The position numbers and the translations under genes are program-made. The notes under the pieces are model-generated. The model worked only from the letters and a program-made list of their open reading frames with translations. It was not told the DNA's origin and made no database searches. A stretch of DNA of 64,000 nt from a virus (Duplodnaviria; Caudoviricetes), in IMG/VR virus record IMGVR_UViG_3300011989_000007, positions 1-64,000 of that record; one strand, written 5' to 3'. Positions 30,018-38,837 of the stretch are shown one piece after another (the first letter of the stretch is position 1; each line of letters starts with the position of its first letter).

Positions 30018-30344
30018 ATGAAATTTATTGGAAAACATTTACAAGAAAAAAGACCTCAGAAGTCATTTGTTAGAGTCGAAACACCAAAGGAGGTTTTTGG
30101 TGCAGTTTCTAATGAAGAAACTACTGAAGAGGTAAAGAAGCCAGTAAAGAAAAAGAAAAATAAAATTGAAGAAAACAAGTCAACTATGGATACATCTGAA
30201 AAAATTGCTATGGCACAGGAGATTCTTGGCAAAAAAGCAAATGAGAATTTTAAGATTTTGAAGAGCGATAAGGGTCTTATCGAAAGAACTGAGAGTTCAA
30301 AAACAATTTTAACTGAAGATAATAAAGAATTATTGATTGACTAA
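30018..30344 (+). CDS. Hypothetical late protein
   Basis: ATG 30018 downstream of TATTTAT (29988). Confidence 0.7.
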   Translation: MKFIGKHLQEKRPQKSFVRVETPKEVFGAVSNEETTEEVKKPVKKKKNKIEENKSTMDTSEKIAMAQEILGKKANENFKILKSDKGLIERTESSKTILTEDNKELLID

Positions 30345-30349
30345 GACAT

Positions 30350-31216
30350 ATGGCAGATACTAACGTAAAGTTTTTAAAAGAGAATCATTTGTATGAGGCT
30401 CATAAGCAGTTTATGCGTATGGCTGAAGGCTATGGTTACACTGAGCCAATAGAAGAGGCTGATGATGATGACCAAGCACAAGGTGGAGGAGAAGACCTTG
30501 CTAATGGCGCTGACCCTTCACAAGGTGGTGGCGGTGCTCCTATGGGTGGACCAGACCCAATGGCAGGAGGTGCTCCTGATGCAATGGGAGGTGCACCTGA
30601 CCCATCACAAGGTGGTGGAGCACCAATGGGTGGAGACCCTTCTCAAGGAGGTGCTGACCCTATGGCAGGTGGACCAGACCCTATGGGAGGAGCAGATGGT
30701 TCAATGGCTGATCCTACTGATGGTCTTGACCCAATGAGTACACCTGCTCCAGATGATAAAGATTCAGATGACGTAGTTATTGACGTTGATGACGTGGTTA
30801 AAGCTCAAGAAAAAACTAACGATAAAGTTAATGACGTTGGTAGAGACTTAGGTACTGTAGATAGACGTATTGAGAAACTATTAGGCGCATTGGAAGATAT
30901 GCAGGGTGTAATTGATAAGAACAATGCAGAAATCGCTGATTTGAAGAATGAGTTTGAGAAACGTAATCCTACGCAAACTGAAAAGTTGAATCTTCGTTCT
31001 TTGGATTCTTATCCTTTCAATATTCGTCCTACTGATTATTGGAAACAGAAGAGTATGGATAGTAATTATGATGCCTATGCTGATAATGACGAGCCTACAA
31101 CACATGAATACACTATTACAAACGATGATGTACGTGATGTAACTGATGACATCGCAAACACTTTTGATATTCCTGAGGACGATATTCAGGACTTTAATAA
31201 GATTTTCAATCTGTAA
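30350..31216 (+). CDS. Acidic low-complexity protein with GG(A/P)DP(M/S) repeats and a coiled coil (possible prohead/scaffold protein)
   Basis: Repeats at about 30500-30740; coiled coil IEKLLGALEDMQ...LKNEFEKR. Confidence 0.7.
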   Translation: MADTNVKFLKENHLYEAHKQFMRMAEGYGYTEPIEEADDDDQAQGGGEDLANGADPSQGGGGAPMGGPDPMAGGAPDAMGGAPDPSQGGGAPMGGDPSQGGADPMAGGPDPMGGADGSMADPTDGLDPMSTPAPDDKDSDDVVIDVDDVVKAQEKTNDKVNDVGRDLGTVDRRIEKLLGALEDMQGVIDKNNAEIADLKNEFEKRNPTQTEKLNLRSLDSYPFNIRPTDYWKQKSMDSNYDAYADNDEPTTHEYTITNDDVRDVTDDIANTFDIPEDDIQDFNKIFNL

Positions 31217-31248
31217 AAATAAGTCTATAAAAAAACTTATATAAAATT

Positions 31249-31292
31249 AAATCTCCAAATATTTATAGTAGAAAAATATTTGGAGATTTTTT
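31249..31292 (+). terminator. Rho-independent terminator
   Basis: aaatctccaaatattt...aaatatttggagattttt. Confidence 0.75.
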
Positions 31293-31323
31293 GTTTTTAA
31301 CATTTTTTAATATATATTTGCAC
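31287..31323 (+). promoter_or_regulatory. Bacteroidota-type promoter with a TTAACATTTTT box
   Basis: TTTG ... TATATTTG (31313-31320); near-identical copies at about 37430 and 39970. Confidence 0.7.
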
Positions 31324-31373
31324 TATGAACATTAAGCACATATTGATGTGCATTTTTTTAATAAATTAATATT

Positions 31374-32366
31374 ATGGAAAACAATTTAAATGTAAACATT
31401 GATCCAGAGGCTGTAATCAGCCAAAATGAAAAAGAGTCTTCTGAAATTGTAAAGAACAAGACTAAGTTTAACCCCAAAAACTATTTGAATGCTCGTCTTG
31501 GTACTGGTGAGTCTTCAAAGAAGTTAAAAATTAGATTATTGCCATTTTCCCCTGAAGGCGGTAGTCCATTCCACAAAGTTTTTATTCACACTGTTAGAGT
31601 CAACAAAGAAGGTGGTCAGGGTTGGAGAACTTTTGTTTGCCCAACGCATAACCATAAGGGTGACAAGTGTCCTTTCTGTGAAACATCAGAGCAAGCGAAA
31701 CAGCTACGTCTTAGGACAGACAATGAGGTAGAAAAGAAGAAGTACGGAGACATTGAGTTTATGAATCGTGCTAAAGAGGCTTGGATTGTAAGATGTATTG
31801 AACGTGAGCACGAGGAAGATGGCGTAAAGTTCTGGTTGTTTAATGCATCTCGTAAGAAAGATGGTGTCTATGACAAGATTATTAATCTTTTCAACGAGAG
31901 GTGGGAAGAGGCTAAAGCCGCAGGTAAGACTTACAACATTTTCGATTTGAACAATGGTAAAGACCTTACAATTAATCTCTCTAAGGATTCTAACAACAAG
32001 ACTGTAACACAAATCACTGATTCAAGTTTTATGACTCCGCTTTCAGATAATTATGAGCAGGCAAAGGCTTGGATTGAAGACCCTAAGAAATGGGAAGAAG
32101 TATACACTGTAAAGCCATACGATTATATGGCAATCGTTGTTCAGGGTGGTATTCCTATTTTCGATAAGGAGCAGAACAAGTATGTAGATAAGGTAGAACT
32201 TGACGAGCGTAATGAAAAAGAAAAGGAGATTGAAATTCAGGAGAATCTCACTGAGCAGAAGAAGGATTTCACTCAATTCGTAGAGCAGAAGATTGAGCCA
32301 CAAGCAAGTACTGCAACTGCACCTAAGTCTCAGATGTTCGTAGATGAGGATGATCTACCTTTCTAA
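31374..32366 (+). CDS. Single-stranded DNA-binding protein (T4 gp32-like)
   Basis: IRLLP..., H...CP....CPFCE zinc site, FDLNNGKDL, acidic tail EDDLPF. Confidence 0.85.
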   Translation: MENNLNVNIDPEAVISQNEKESSEIVKNKTKFNPKNYLNARLGTGESSKKLKIRLLPFSPEGGSPFHKVFIHTVRVNKEGGQGWRTFVCPTHNHKGDKCPFCETSEQAKQLRLRTDNEVEKKKYGDIEFMNRAKEAWIVRCIEREHEEDGVKFWLFNASRKKDGVYDKIINLFNERWEEAKAAGKTYNIFDLNNGKDLTINLSKDSNNKTVTQITDSSFMTPLSDNYEQAKAWIEDPKKWEEVYTVKPYDYMAIVVQGGIPIFDKEQNKYVDKVELDERNEKEKEIEIQENLTEQKKDFTQFVEQKIEPQASTATAPKSQMFVDEDDLPF

Positions 32367-32394
32367 AAATAAAGCAGAAAAACATTAACGCTTA

Positions 32395-33003
32395 ATGGCA
32401 AAATTGATGTATATGTATGGAGCGATGAACTCAAGAAAATCTCTTGATTTGTTGGCAACTGCATATAATTTTGAAGAAAAAGACATCCCTTTCATAGCCC
32501 TAAAATCATCTCTTGACACGAGAGATGAGGGGGTTATAAGGTCAAGAGCAGGACTTGAAAGAAAATGTACTGTGGTAACACCTGATGTTAACATATATGA
32601 AGCAATTCGTCAGTATAATAATGTCTTAGCAGTTCAAGAGGAAAAACCTTTAAAATGGATATTGGTAGATGAATGCCAATTTTTGACGGAAGAACAGGTA
32701 GACCAATTGTCTGATATTGTTGATTATATGGACGTAAATGTCTTGTGTTATGGGTTACGTACTGACTTTAAGTCACACTTATTTCCAGCATCTAAACGAC
32801 TTTTCGAAATTGCAGATAGTATAGAAGAGGTTAAATCGTCTTGCGAATGTGGTAAGAAAGCACTAATCAATGCGAGATTTGATGAAAATGGAAACATTAT
32901 TACTGAGGGTTCACAAATCCTTGTTGGTGGTAACGAAATGTACAAGCCTCTATGCAGAAAATGCTGGAAGGATAAAATAAGAGAAAAAAATGTTAAGAAC
33001 TAA
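32395..33003 (+). CDS. tdk: Thymidine kinase
   Basis: YGAMNSRKS, VDECQFL, YGLRTDF, C-terminal CECG...LCRKC. Confidence 0.95.
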   Translation: MAKLMYMYGAMNSRKSLDLLATAYNFEEKDIPFIALKSSLDTRDEGVIRSRAGLERKCTVVTPDVNIYEAIRQYNNVLAVQEEKPLKWILVDECQFLTEEQVDQLSDIVDYMDVNVLCYGLRTDFKSHLFPASKRLFEIADSIEEVKSSCECGKKALINARFDENGNIITEGSQILVGGNEMYKPLCRKCWKDKIREKNVKN

Positions 33004-34206
33004 ATGGTTAAGCAAGCTATAAAGAAAAAGGCTTTCACACGACCTTCAATTGCTTCAATTAAGGAGGCAATGGGTCTAAATATTAAGGATGATGACTTGA
33101 CAGTATCAAGTGCTAATAAGCCAATTGAGTTTATTACACTACCTGAGGCATTTGTTAATGCAACTAAGTTGCCTGGTATTCCAAAGGGTGAGTTGTCAAT
33201 CGTATATGGTTGGTCAAACACAGGTAAGAGTACTTTGATTAACTGTATTATTGCATCTTGTCAAGCATCAGGTATTCTTCCTGTAATCTTTGATACTGAG
33301 TCACACTTTGACTTTAAGTATGCAATTGATTGCGGTATGCAAGCAACTCCAATTCATAAAGATGTAGAGGTTGAAGATGTTGATGAAGAGACTGGTGAGG
33401 TAATTGGTACACACACTGAGGATAAGATTATTGACTATGAAGGTGAATTTATGTACTTTGATGGAGAAATCCTTTGTCAGTTGTATGGAAAGAATGATTA
33501 CTCGAATGGTAAGGAGGCTAAGAAGCAGAGAAAAGTACCTGTTCTTGAGGATATAGCTTTCGCAATCAATAAGATTCTTGATTTGCAGGATGAGGGTAAA
33601 ATTCAGCAAGATATTTGTTTCTTGTGGGACTCTATTGGCTCAGTAATGTCATATAAGTCTTATGTAAGTAATGTTGGTAACAATATGTTTGATGCAGGCG
33701 CTATGCAGTCAGCATTCAATATGATTACCAATAATCGTATTCCTCTTTCAAAGAAGGTAAGCTCACCTTACACTAACACAATGTTTTGCGTGAATAAGAT
33801 TTGGCTTGATTCAATGTCCGCACCTATGGCAGCACCTTCTGTTGAGTTGAAGGGTGGTAAGTCAATGTACTTTGCAGCACACGGATTGATTATTCAGTTG
33901 GGCGGTGTCGTTAAGGCTTCTATAAAGCATCTGACTGCAACAAGCAAGGGTCGTAACTATAATTGGGGTACACTTACAAAAATTAAGGTGGTAAAGAATC
34001 AGTTGAGTACACCATATAATTTGACATATGAGGGTACAATGGTTTGTGTACACAATGGCTTGATTAGTGAAGACCAAGAAGATGCTTACAAAAAGACTTA
34101 TGTACCAAAGATTATGGCTGAACTTGAAAAGGCTGAAACTGGTAAGGAAGTTGTTGTTAAAGAAGACGATATTACTTTCTCAGAAACTGATGAGAATGAA
34201 GATTGA
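33004..34206 (+). CDS. recA: RecA/UvsX-like recombinase
   Basis: Walker A GWSNTGKST, FDTE, Walker B FLWDSIG, KGGK, KVVKN. Confidence 0.9.
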   Translation: MVKQAIKKKAFTRPSIASIKEAMGLNIKDDDLTVSSANKPIEFITLPEAFVNATKLPGIPKGELSIVYGWSNTGKSTLINCIIASCQASGILPVIFDTESHFDFKYAIDCGMQATPIHKDVEVEDVDEETGEVIGTHTEDKIIDYEGEFMYFDGEILCQLYGKNDYSNGKEAKKQRKVPVLEDIAFAINKILDLQDEGKIQQDICFLWDSIGSVMSYKSYVSNVGNNMFDAGAMQSAFNMITNNRIPLSKKVSSPYTNTMFCVNKIWLDSMSAPMAAPSVELKGGKSMYFAAHGLIIQLGGVVKASIKHLTATSKGRNYNWGTLTKIKVVKNQLSTPYNLTYEGTMVCVHNGLISEDQEDAYKKTYVPKIMAELEKAETGKEVVVKEDDITFSETDENED

Positions 34207-34210
34207 ATTT

Positions 34211-34244
34211 AAAAGTGGTAGGGAATATTCCTTACCACTTTTTT
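34211..34244 (+). terminator. Rho-independent terminator
   Basis: aaaagtggtaggg-aata-ttccttaccacttttt. Confidence 0.8.
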
Positions 34245-34292
34245 GTCTTTTATGGGATATTTATATACAAGTTTAGATAAAAAAGATTTTTT

Positions 34293-35447
34293 ATGATTAT
34301 AACCGATAGAATAAAGGAATTATTTAAAGTAGCAAGGACTTTATGCGGAGCGCCAATACGTACTGTCCAACTCACTGATGACCAAATGTGTGATTTGCTA
34401 AAGGTTGCCATTGGTGATTATGCTGAGGCTGTACAGAATTGGGTAACAGAATCACAATGGTTGAATCTTCAAGGAAATCAGAAGTTACTAAAAGACCCTG
34501 CTCAAGCAGCATATGCTTTGACTATCAGGACTATGGATTGGTCAAGAGACTATTCATATTGGTTTTCTCGTGAAGTAGGTCTTCAGCAGAGAGGACCTTA
34601 TGAGTTAAAGAAAGATTTCTTTAAAATCGAGCAAGGAAAGCAAGTCTATGTAATACCTGCAGGTAGAGAAATTAATAAAGTATTATATGTAACACCTTCA
34701 ACAACTAAGGCTGCATTATATGGTACATATGGTTCTTTTGATGCTGGTTTTGCAGGAGGTTTTGGGCAATTTGGAGATATTAATCATCCAATGGGTATGC
34801 TTGGTATGTATGTAGGCTCAGTATATGATGTTGCTTTACAAGCTGCTGACCTTAAATATAAGAACTCATTGATTCGTGGTGATTTGGCATATGAGGTCAC
34901 TGCTGGACCTGAAGGTACTCACCTTGTCCATCTATTATCAACACCTGGTGGTAGAAATGGTATGGGTGGTGTGGCCGCAGATGATTCTTGGGGTTGGTCA
35001 CAATTTAAGGATTGCTATTGTTGGTATACATACTATGAAACTGATGGCACTTCGAGTGGTGCTACACAATGCGCTATTGATAATAAGGATGATGTGTTAA
35101 TTACACCTGACCAAGTTCCACTTGATGAAATGCAGTTTGAGCTAATGAATAATCCAACCCAGCAACTAATTCGTCAGTTGTTTGTTGCAGAGTGCATGAT
35201 TACACTAGGTGTTATAAGAGGTACATATAGTGGTACAGTAAAAATACCTCAAGCAGAGATGCAGATGGACTATCAGATGCTACTGGATATGGGCAAGGCT
35301 GATAAGGAACGTGTACTCACAAATCTTAAAGAAAGACTAAATGAAATGCTACCTTGGAATCAATTACAACATCAAGCTGAATTGACTGATAATTTAATGA
35401 AGGTTTTGCAACAAAAACCAATGCCTTTTAATTTTATGGTAAGATAA
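34293..35447 (+). CDS. Neck/head-tail adaptor protein (T4 gp13-like)
   Basis: LCGAPIRTVQLTDDQ start; IRQLFVAECMITLGVIRGTYSGTVKIP near the C-terminus. Confidence 0.7.
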   Translation: MIITDRIKELFKVARTLCGAPIRTVQLTDDQMCDLLKVAIGDYAEAVQNWVTESQWLNLQGNQKLLKDPAQAAYALTIRTMDWSRDYSYWFSREVGLQQRGPYELKKDFFKIEQGKQVYVIPAGREINKVLYVTPSTTKAALYGTYGSFDAGFAGGFGQFGDINHPMGMLGMYVGSVYDVALQAADLKYKNSLIRGDLAYEVTAGPEGTHLVHLLSTPGGRNGMGGVAADDSWGWSQFKDCYCWYTYYETDGTSSGATQCAIDNKDDVLITPDQVPLDEMQFELMNNPTQQLIRQLFVAECMITLGVIRGTYSGTVKIPQAEMQMDYQMLLDMGKADKERVLTNLKERLNEMLPWNQLQHQAELTDNLMKVLQQKPMPFNFMVR

Positions 35448-35453
35448 TGATAT

Positions 35454-35491
35454 AAGGGATAATTATTTTGACAAATAATTGTCCTTTTTTT
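35454..35491 (+). terminator. Rho-independent terminator
   Basis: aagggataattatt...aataattgtcctttttt. Confidence 0.7.
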
Positions 35492-35539
35492 GTTTTTTAC
35501 AATAATTATTTATATATTTTAACAAATGATATAAAATAT

Positions 35540-37417
35540 ATGAATAAGCTAGAAAGATTTATAGAACGAGCAAATGCGATACATAATAACAAATATGATT
35601 ATTCAAAAGTAGACTATAAAGATTGCAACACCAAAGTTTGTATAATTTGCCCTGAGCATGGTGAATTTTGGCAAACACCAAAGCAGCATTTGAAAGGGCA
35701 TGGGTGCAAAAAATGCGCTTCAGCGTTATCAAGTAACAAAAGGTCTTCAACGAAAGAGAATTTTATTGAACGAGCCAAATTAGTACATGGTGATAAATAT
35801 GATTATAGCAAAGTTGAATATGTTAATAATTCAACACCAGTTTGCATTATATGCCCGACACATGGCGAATTTTACCAATCACCTAAATCACATCTAAATG
35901 GGTCTGGTTGTCCAAAATGTTTTGACGAAAGAAGACAACATATAAGGAAATATGATAACAAACTTTTTATTGAAAAGGCTAAATTGGTTCATGGTGACAA
36001 ATACGACTATTCGAAAGTAGATTATAAAGATAGCAATACTAAAGTTTGCATAATATGCCCAGAACATGGAGAATTTTGGCAAACACCTGCACATCATTTA
36101 AGTGGTGAAGGGTGTCCTAAATGTGCTTTATCTATAAAATCCGAAGAGCAACAAATGACCAAGGCTAGTTTTGTTGAAGCAGCCAATAAAATACATAATA
36201 ACAAGTATTCATACTATAAATTTGTTTATAATGGTGGCAAAGAAAAATCAATTATAATTTGCCCTGTGCATGGTGAATTTGAAATGACACCAAATGCGCA
36301 TTTAAGAGGTCAAGGATGCCCTATTTGTGGTATTGAAGCGACTGCTGATAAGCTAAGGGGAAATAAGGAAGATTTTATAAAAAAGGCTCAAAAAATACAT
36401 GGCGATAAGTATGATTATTCAAAAGTTAATTATGTAAATTATAAAACTAAGGTAGAAATCATTTGTAAAAAACATGGATCATTTCTAATGACGCCATGTA
36501 ACCATATTCAAAATCAAGCAGGATGTCCTAAATGTGCTCATCAGCAATCTAAGTCAGAAAAAGAAATTTATGAATATATAAAAAGTTTAAATGTTTTCTG
36601 TGAAGAAGGTGATAGAGGAATACTTAAAGGGAAAGAAATAGACGTATTTGCCCCAATATTTCGTGTTGGTATTGAATTTGATGGACTAAGATGGCATAGT
36701 GAATTATATAGAGATAAAAATTATCATTTAAATAAAACAGTTGAATGTGAAGATAAAGGCATACGATTGATACATATATTTGAAGATGAATGGCTAAATA
36801 AACGTGATATATGGGAATCAATGCTTAGAAACGTGTTTCATAAAATAACAAATAAAATTTATGCCAGAAAATGCACTGTAAAATTTGTATCTGAACGTGA
36901 TAAAAAAATATTTTTAAATGGCAATCATATACAAGGCAATGCTAATAGTTCAGTTAATTTAGGGCTATACTATAATGATGAATTAGTGTCATTAATGACT
37001 TTTGGTAAACCTAGAATAAACATGGGTGGAAAAGATAAAGATGGATATTGGGAACTTGTTAGATTTTGTAATAAATTAAATACTTCAGTTGTAGGAGGTG
37101 CAAGTAAATTATTTAAGCATTTCATTAAGGATTATAACCCAATTAACATAGTATCTTATTCTGATAAAAGATGGGCAACAGGTGGCTTATATGACAAATT
37201 AGGGTTTATACATGACCACGATTCAAAGCCAAATTATTATTATGTTATTAATAATGAAAGAAAAAATAGATTTGGATTCAGAAAAGACAAATTAATTAAA
37301 GAAGGTTTTGATAAAAACAAATCAGAGCATGAAATAATGTTAGAAAGAAAAATATATAGAATATATGACTGTGGTTGCAGGTGCCATATATGGAAAAAAG
37401 CAAAAGAGAACGAGTGA
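35540..37417 (+). CDS. Free-standing endonuclease: 5 zinc-ribbon repeats + PD-(D/E)XK domain + Hef-like/GNAT-like C-terminal domain
   Basis: 5x H..KY.Y...IIC..HG.F..TP..H..G.GCP.C; EIDVF...GIEFDGLRWH; WELVRFC...GGASKL...SYSDKRW..GGLY; start set to ATG 35540. Confidence 0.8.
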   Translation: MNKLERFIERANAIHNNKYDYSKVDYKDCNTKVCIICPEHGEFWQTPKQHLKGHGCKKCASALSSNKRSSTKENFIERAKLVHGDKYDYSKVEYVNNSTPVCIICPTHGEFYQSPKSHLNGSGCPKCFDERRQHIRKYDNKLFIEKAKLVHGDKYDYSKVDYKDSNTKVCIICPEHGEFWQTPAHHLSGEGCPKCALSIKSEEQQMTKASFVEAANKIHNNKYSYYKFVYNGGKEKSIIICPVHGEFEMTPNAHLRGQGCPICGIEATADKLRGNKEDFIKKAQKIHGDKYDYSKVNYVNYKTKVEIICKKHGSFLMTPCNHIQNQAGCPKCAHQQSKSEKEIYEYIKSLNVFCEEGDRGILKGKEIDVFAPIFRVGIEFDGLRWHSELYRDKNYHLNKTVECEDKGIRLIHIFEDEWLNKRDIWESMLRNVFHKITNKIYARKCTVKFVSERDKKIFLNGNHIQGNANSSVNLGLYYNDELVSLMTFGKPRINMGGKDKDGYWELVRFCNKLNTSVVGGASKLFKHFIKDYNPINIVSYSDKRWATGGLYDKLGFIHDHDSKPNYYYVINNERKNRFGFRKDKLIKEGFDKNKSEHEIMLERKIYRIYDCGCRCHIWKKAKENE

Positions 37418-37429
37418 AAATCGCTCTCT

Positions 37430-37465
37430 TTTTTGTTTTATTAACATTTTTTTATATATTTGTAA
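37430..37465 (+). promoter_or_regulatory. Bacteroidota-type promoter with a TTAACATTTTT box
   Basis: ttttgttttattaacatttttttatatatttg; TATATTTG at 37455-37462. Confidence 0.7.
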
Positions 37466-37523
37466 TATATGCTAAAGTGACTCAAAAAAAATAAATAAGG
37501 ATAAAAAAAATAAGTAGAAACGA

Positions 37524-37616
37524 ATGAAGCAAGTCGTAAAACGAGCAAGGAAGGAAGCGAATAACGTTGACGATGATAAATTAATCTATACGTTACTCAT
37601 TGATGGGAATTCATAA
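37524..37616 (+). pseudogene. Stranded 30-codon N-terminus of the 5'-3' exonuclease gene
   Basis: MKQVVKRARKEANNVDDDKLIYTLLIDGNS*; 20/30 identical, ungapped, to residues 1-30 of 38800..39969. Confidence 0.9.
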
Positions 37617-37679
37617 AAAATATATACTTTATTTTTAGATTTTAATAAAATACACAATATTTATATTAAAAAAAATATT

Positions 37680-38837
37680 ATGCATACAACTAAAAAGAGT
37701 ACAACTGAAGATTTCATTAAAAAAGCAAAAGAAATTCATGGTAATAAGTATGACTACTCAAAGGTAGATTATAAAAATAATTCTACCAAGGTTTGTATAA
37801 TTTGTCATGAAAAGGACAAGTTGGGCAATGAACATGGCGAATTTTGGCAAACACCTGCTAATCATTTGTCTGGGCATGGTTGCCCAAAATGTGATGGAAA
37901 GGGTTTTACTTGGGGTTATTATTTAAAATTATGTTCATTAATTCATAATAATAAATATGATTATTCGAAAGTAAATTATATTAATAACACATCTAAAATT
38001 TGTATAATTTGTCCTAAACATGGAGAGTTTTGGATGACTATTACTAATCATTTGAGGGGTCAAGGATGCCCTAAATGTGCAGGTACAAAAAAATCAAGCA
38101 CAAAAGAATTCATAGAAAAAGCAAGAAAAGTACATGGAGATAAATATGACTACAGTAAAGTTGAATATATAAGCAATAAGACTAAAGTTTGTATAATTTG
38201 CCCTGAGCATGGAGAGTTTTGGCAAACACCAAATTGTCATTTATCAGGTGATGGATGTGCAAAATGTTCAAAAAAACATAAATACACTACCGAAGAATGG
38301 ATTGAAGAAGCAAAAAAAGTGCACGGGAATAAATACGATTACTCAAAAGTTAATTATATAAATTCACAAACAAAGGTTTGTATCATATGTCCTGAACATG
38401 GCGAATTTTGGCAAAAACCTGAAGGACATTTATTAGGGCAAGGATGCCCAATATGCAGAACAAGTGTGTTGGAAGATAAATTATACGAAAAATTAAAAAG
38501 CAAATATAATATAGAAAGAAGATATAGGCCTAAATGGTTAGGTAATCAAGAAATTGATTTGTTTTTACCTGATTATAATATTGGCATTGAATGCCAAGGT
38601 ATTCAACATTTTGAACCAATAGATTTTTTTGGCGGTGTTGACAAATTTAATTATATTATTAATTTAGATAAAAAGAAAAATAAATTGTGCAAAAAAGAAA
38701 ATGTGGATTTAATTTATTTTACAGAGTGCAAAGTGAATAAAGAAAAATCTTATTTAGGAAAATTGTTTTTTAAAATAAAAGATGTATACAATTATATAAA
38801 TGAAACAAGTAATAAAAAAACGAATCAAAACGGCTAA
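37680..38837 (+). CDS. Free-standing endonuclease: 4 zinc-ribbon repeats + PD-(D/E)XK (DUF559-like) domain
   Basis: 4x KYDYSKV.Y...KVCIIC..HGEFW repeats; EIDLFLPDYNIGIECQGIQHF. Confidence 0.85.
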   Translation: MHTTKKSTTEDFIKKAKEIHGNKYDYSKVDYKNNSTKVCIICHEKDKLGNEHGEFWQTPANHLSGHGCPKCDGKGFTWGYYLKLCSLIHNNKYDYSKVNYINNTSKICIICPKHGEFWMTITNHLRGQGCPKCAGTKKSSTKEFIEKARKVHGDKYDYSKVEYISNKTKVCIICPEHGEFWQTPNCHLSGDGCAKCSKKHKYTTEEWIEEAKKVHGNKYDYSKVNYINSQTKVCIICPEHGEFWQKPEGHLLGQGCPICRTSVLEDKLYEKLKSKYNIERRYRPKWLGNQEIDLFLPDYNIGIECQGIQHFEPIDFFGGVDKFNYIINLDKKKNKLCKKENVDLIYFTECKVNKEKSYLGKLFFKIKDVYNYINETSNKKTNQNG

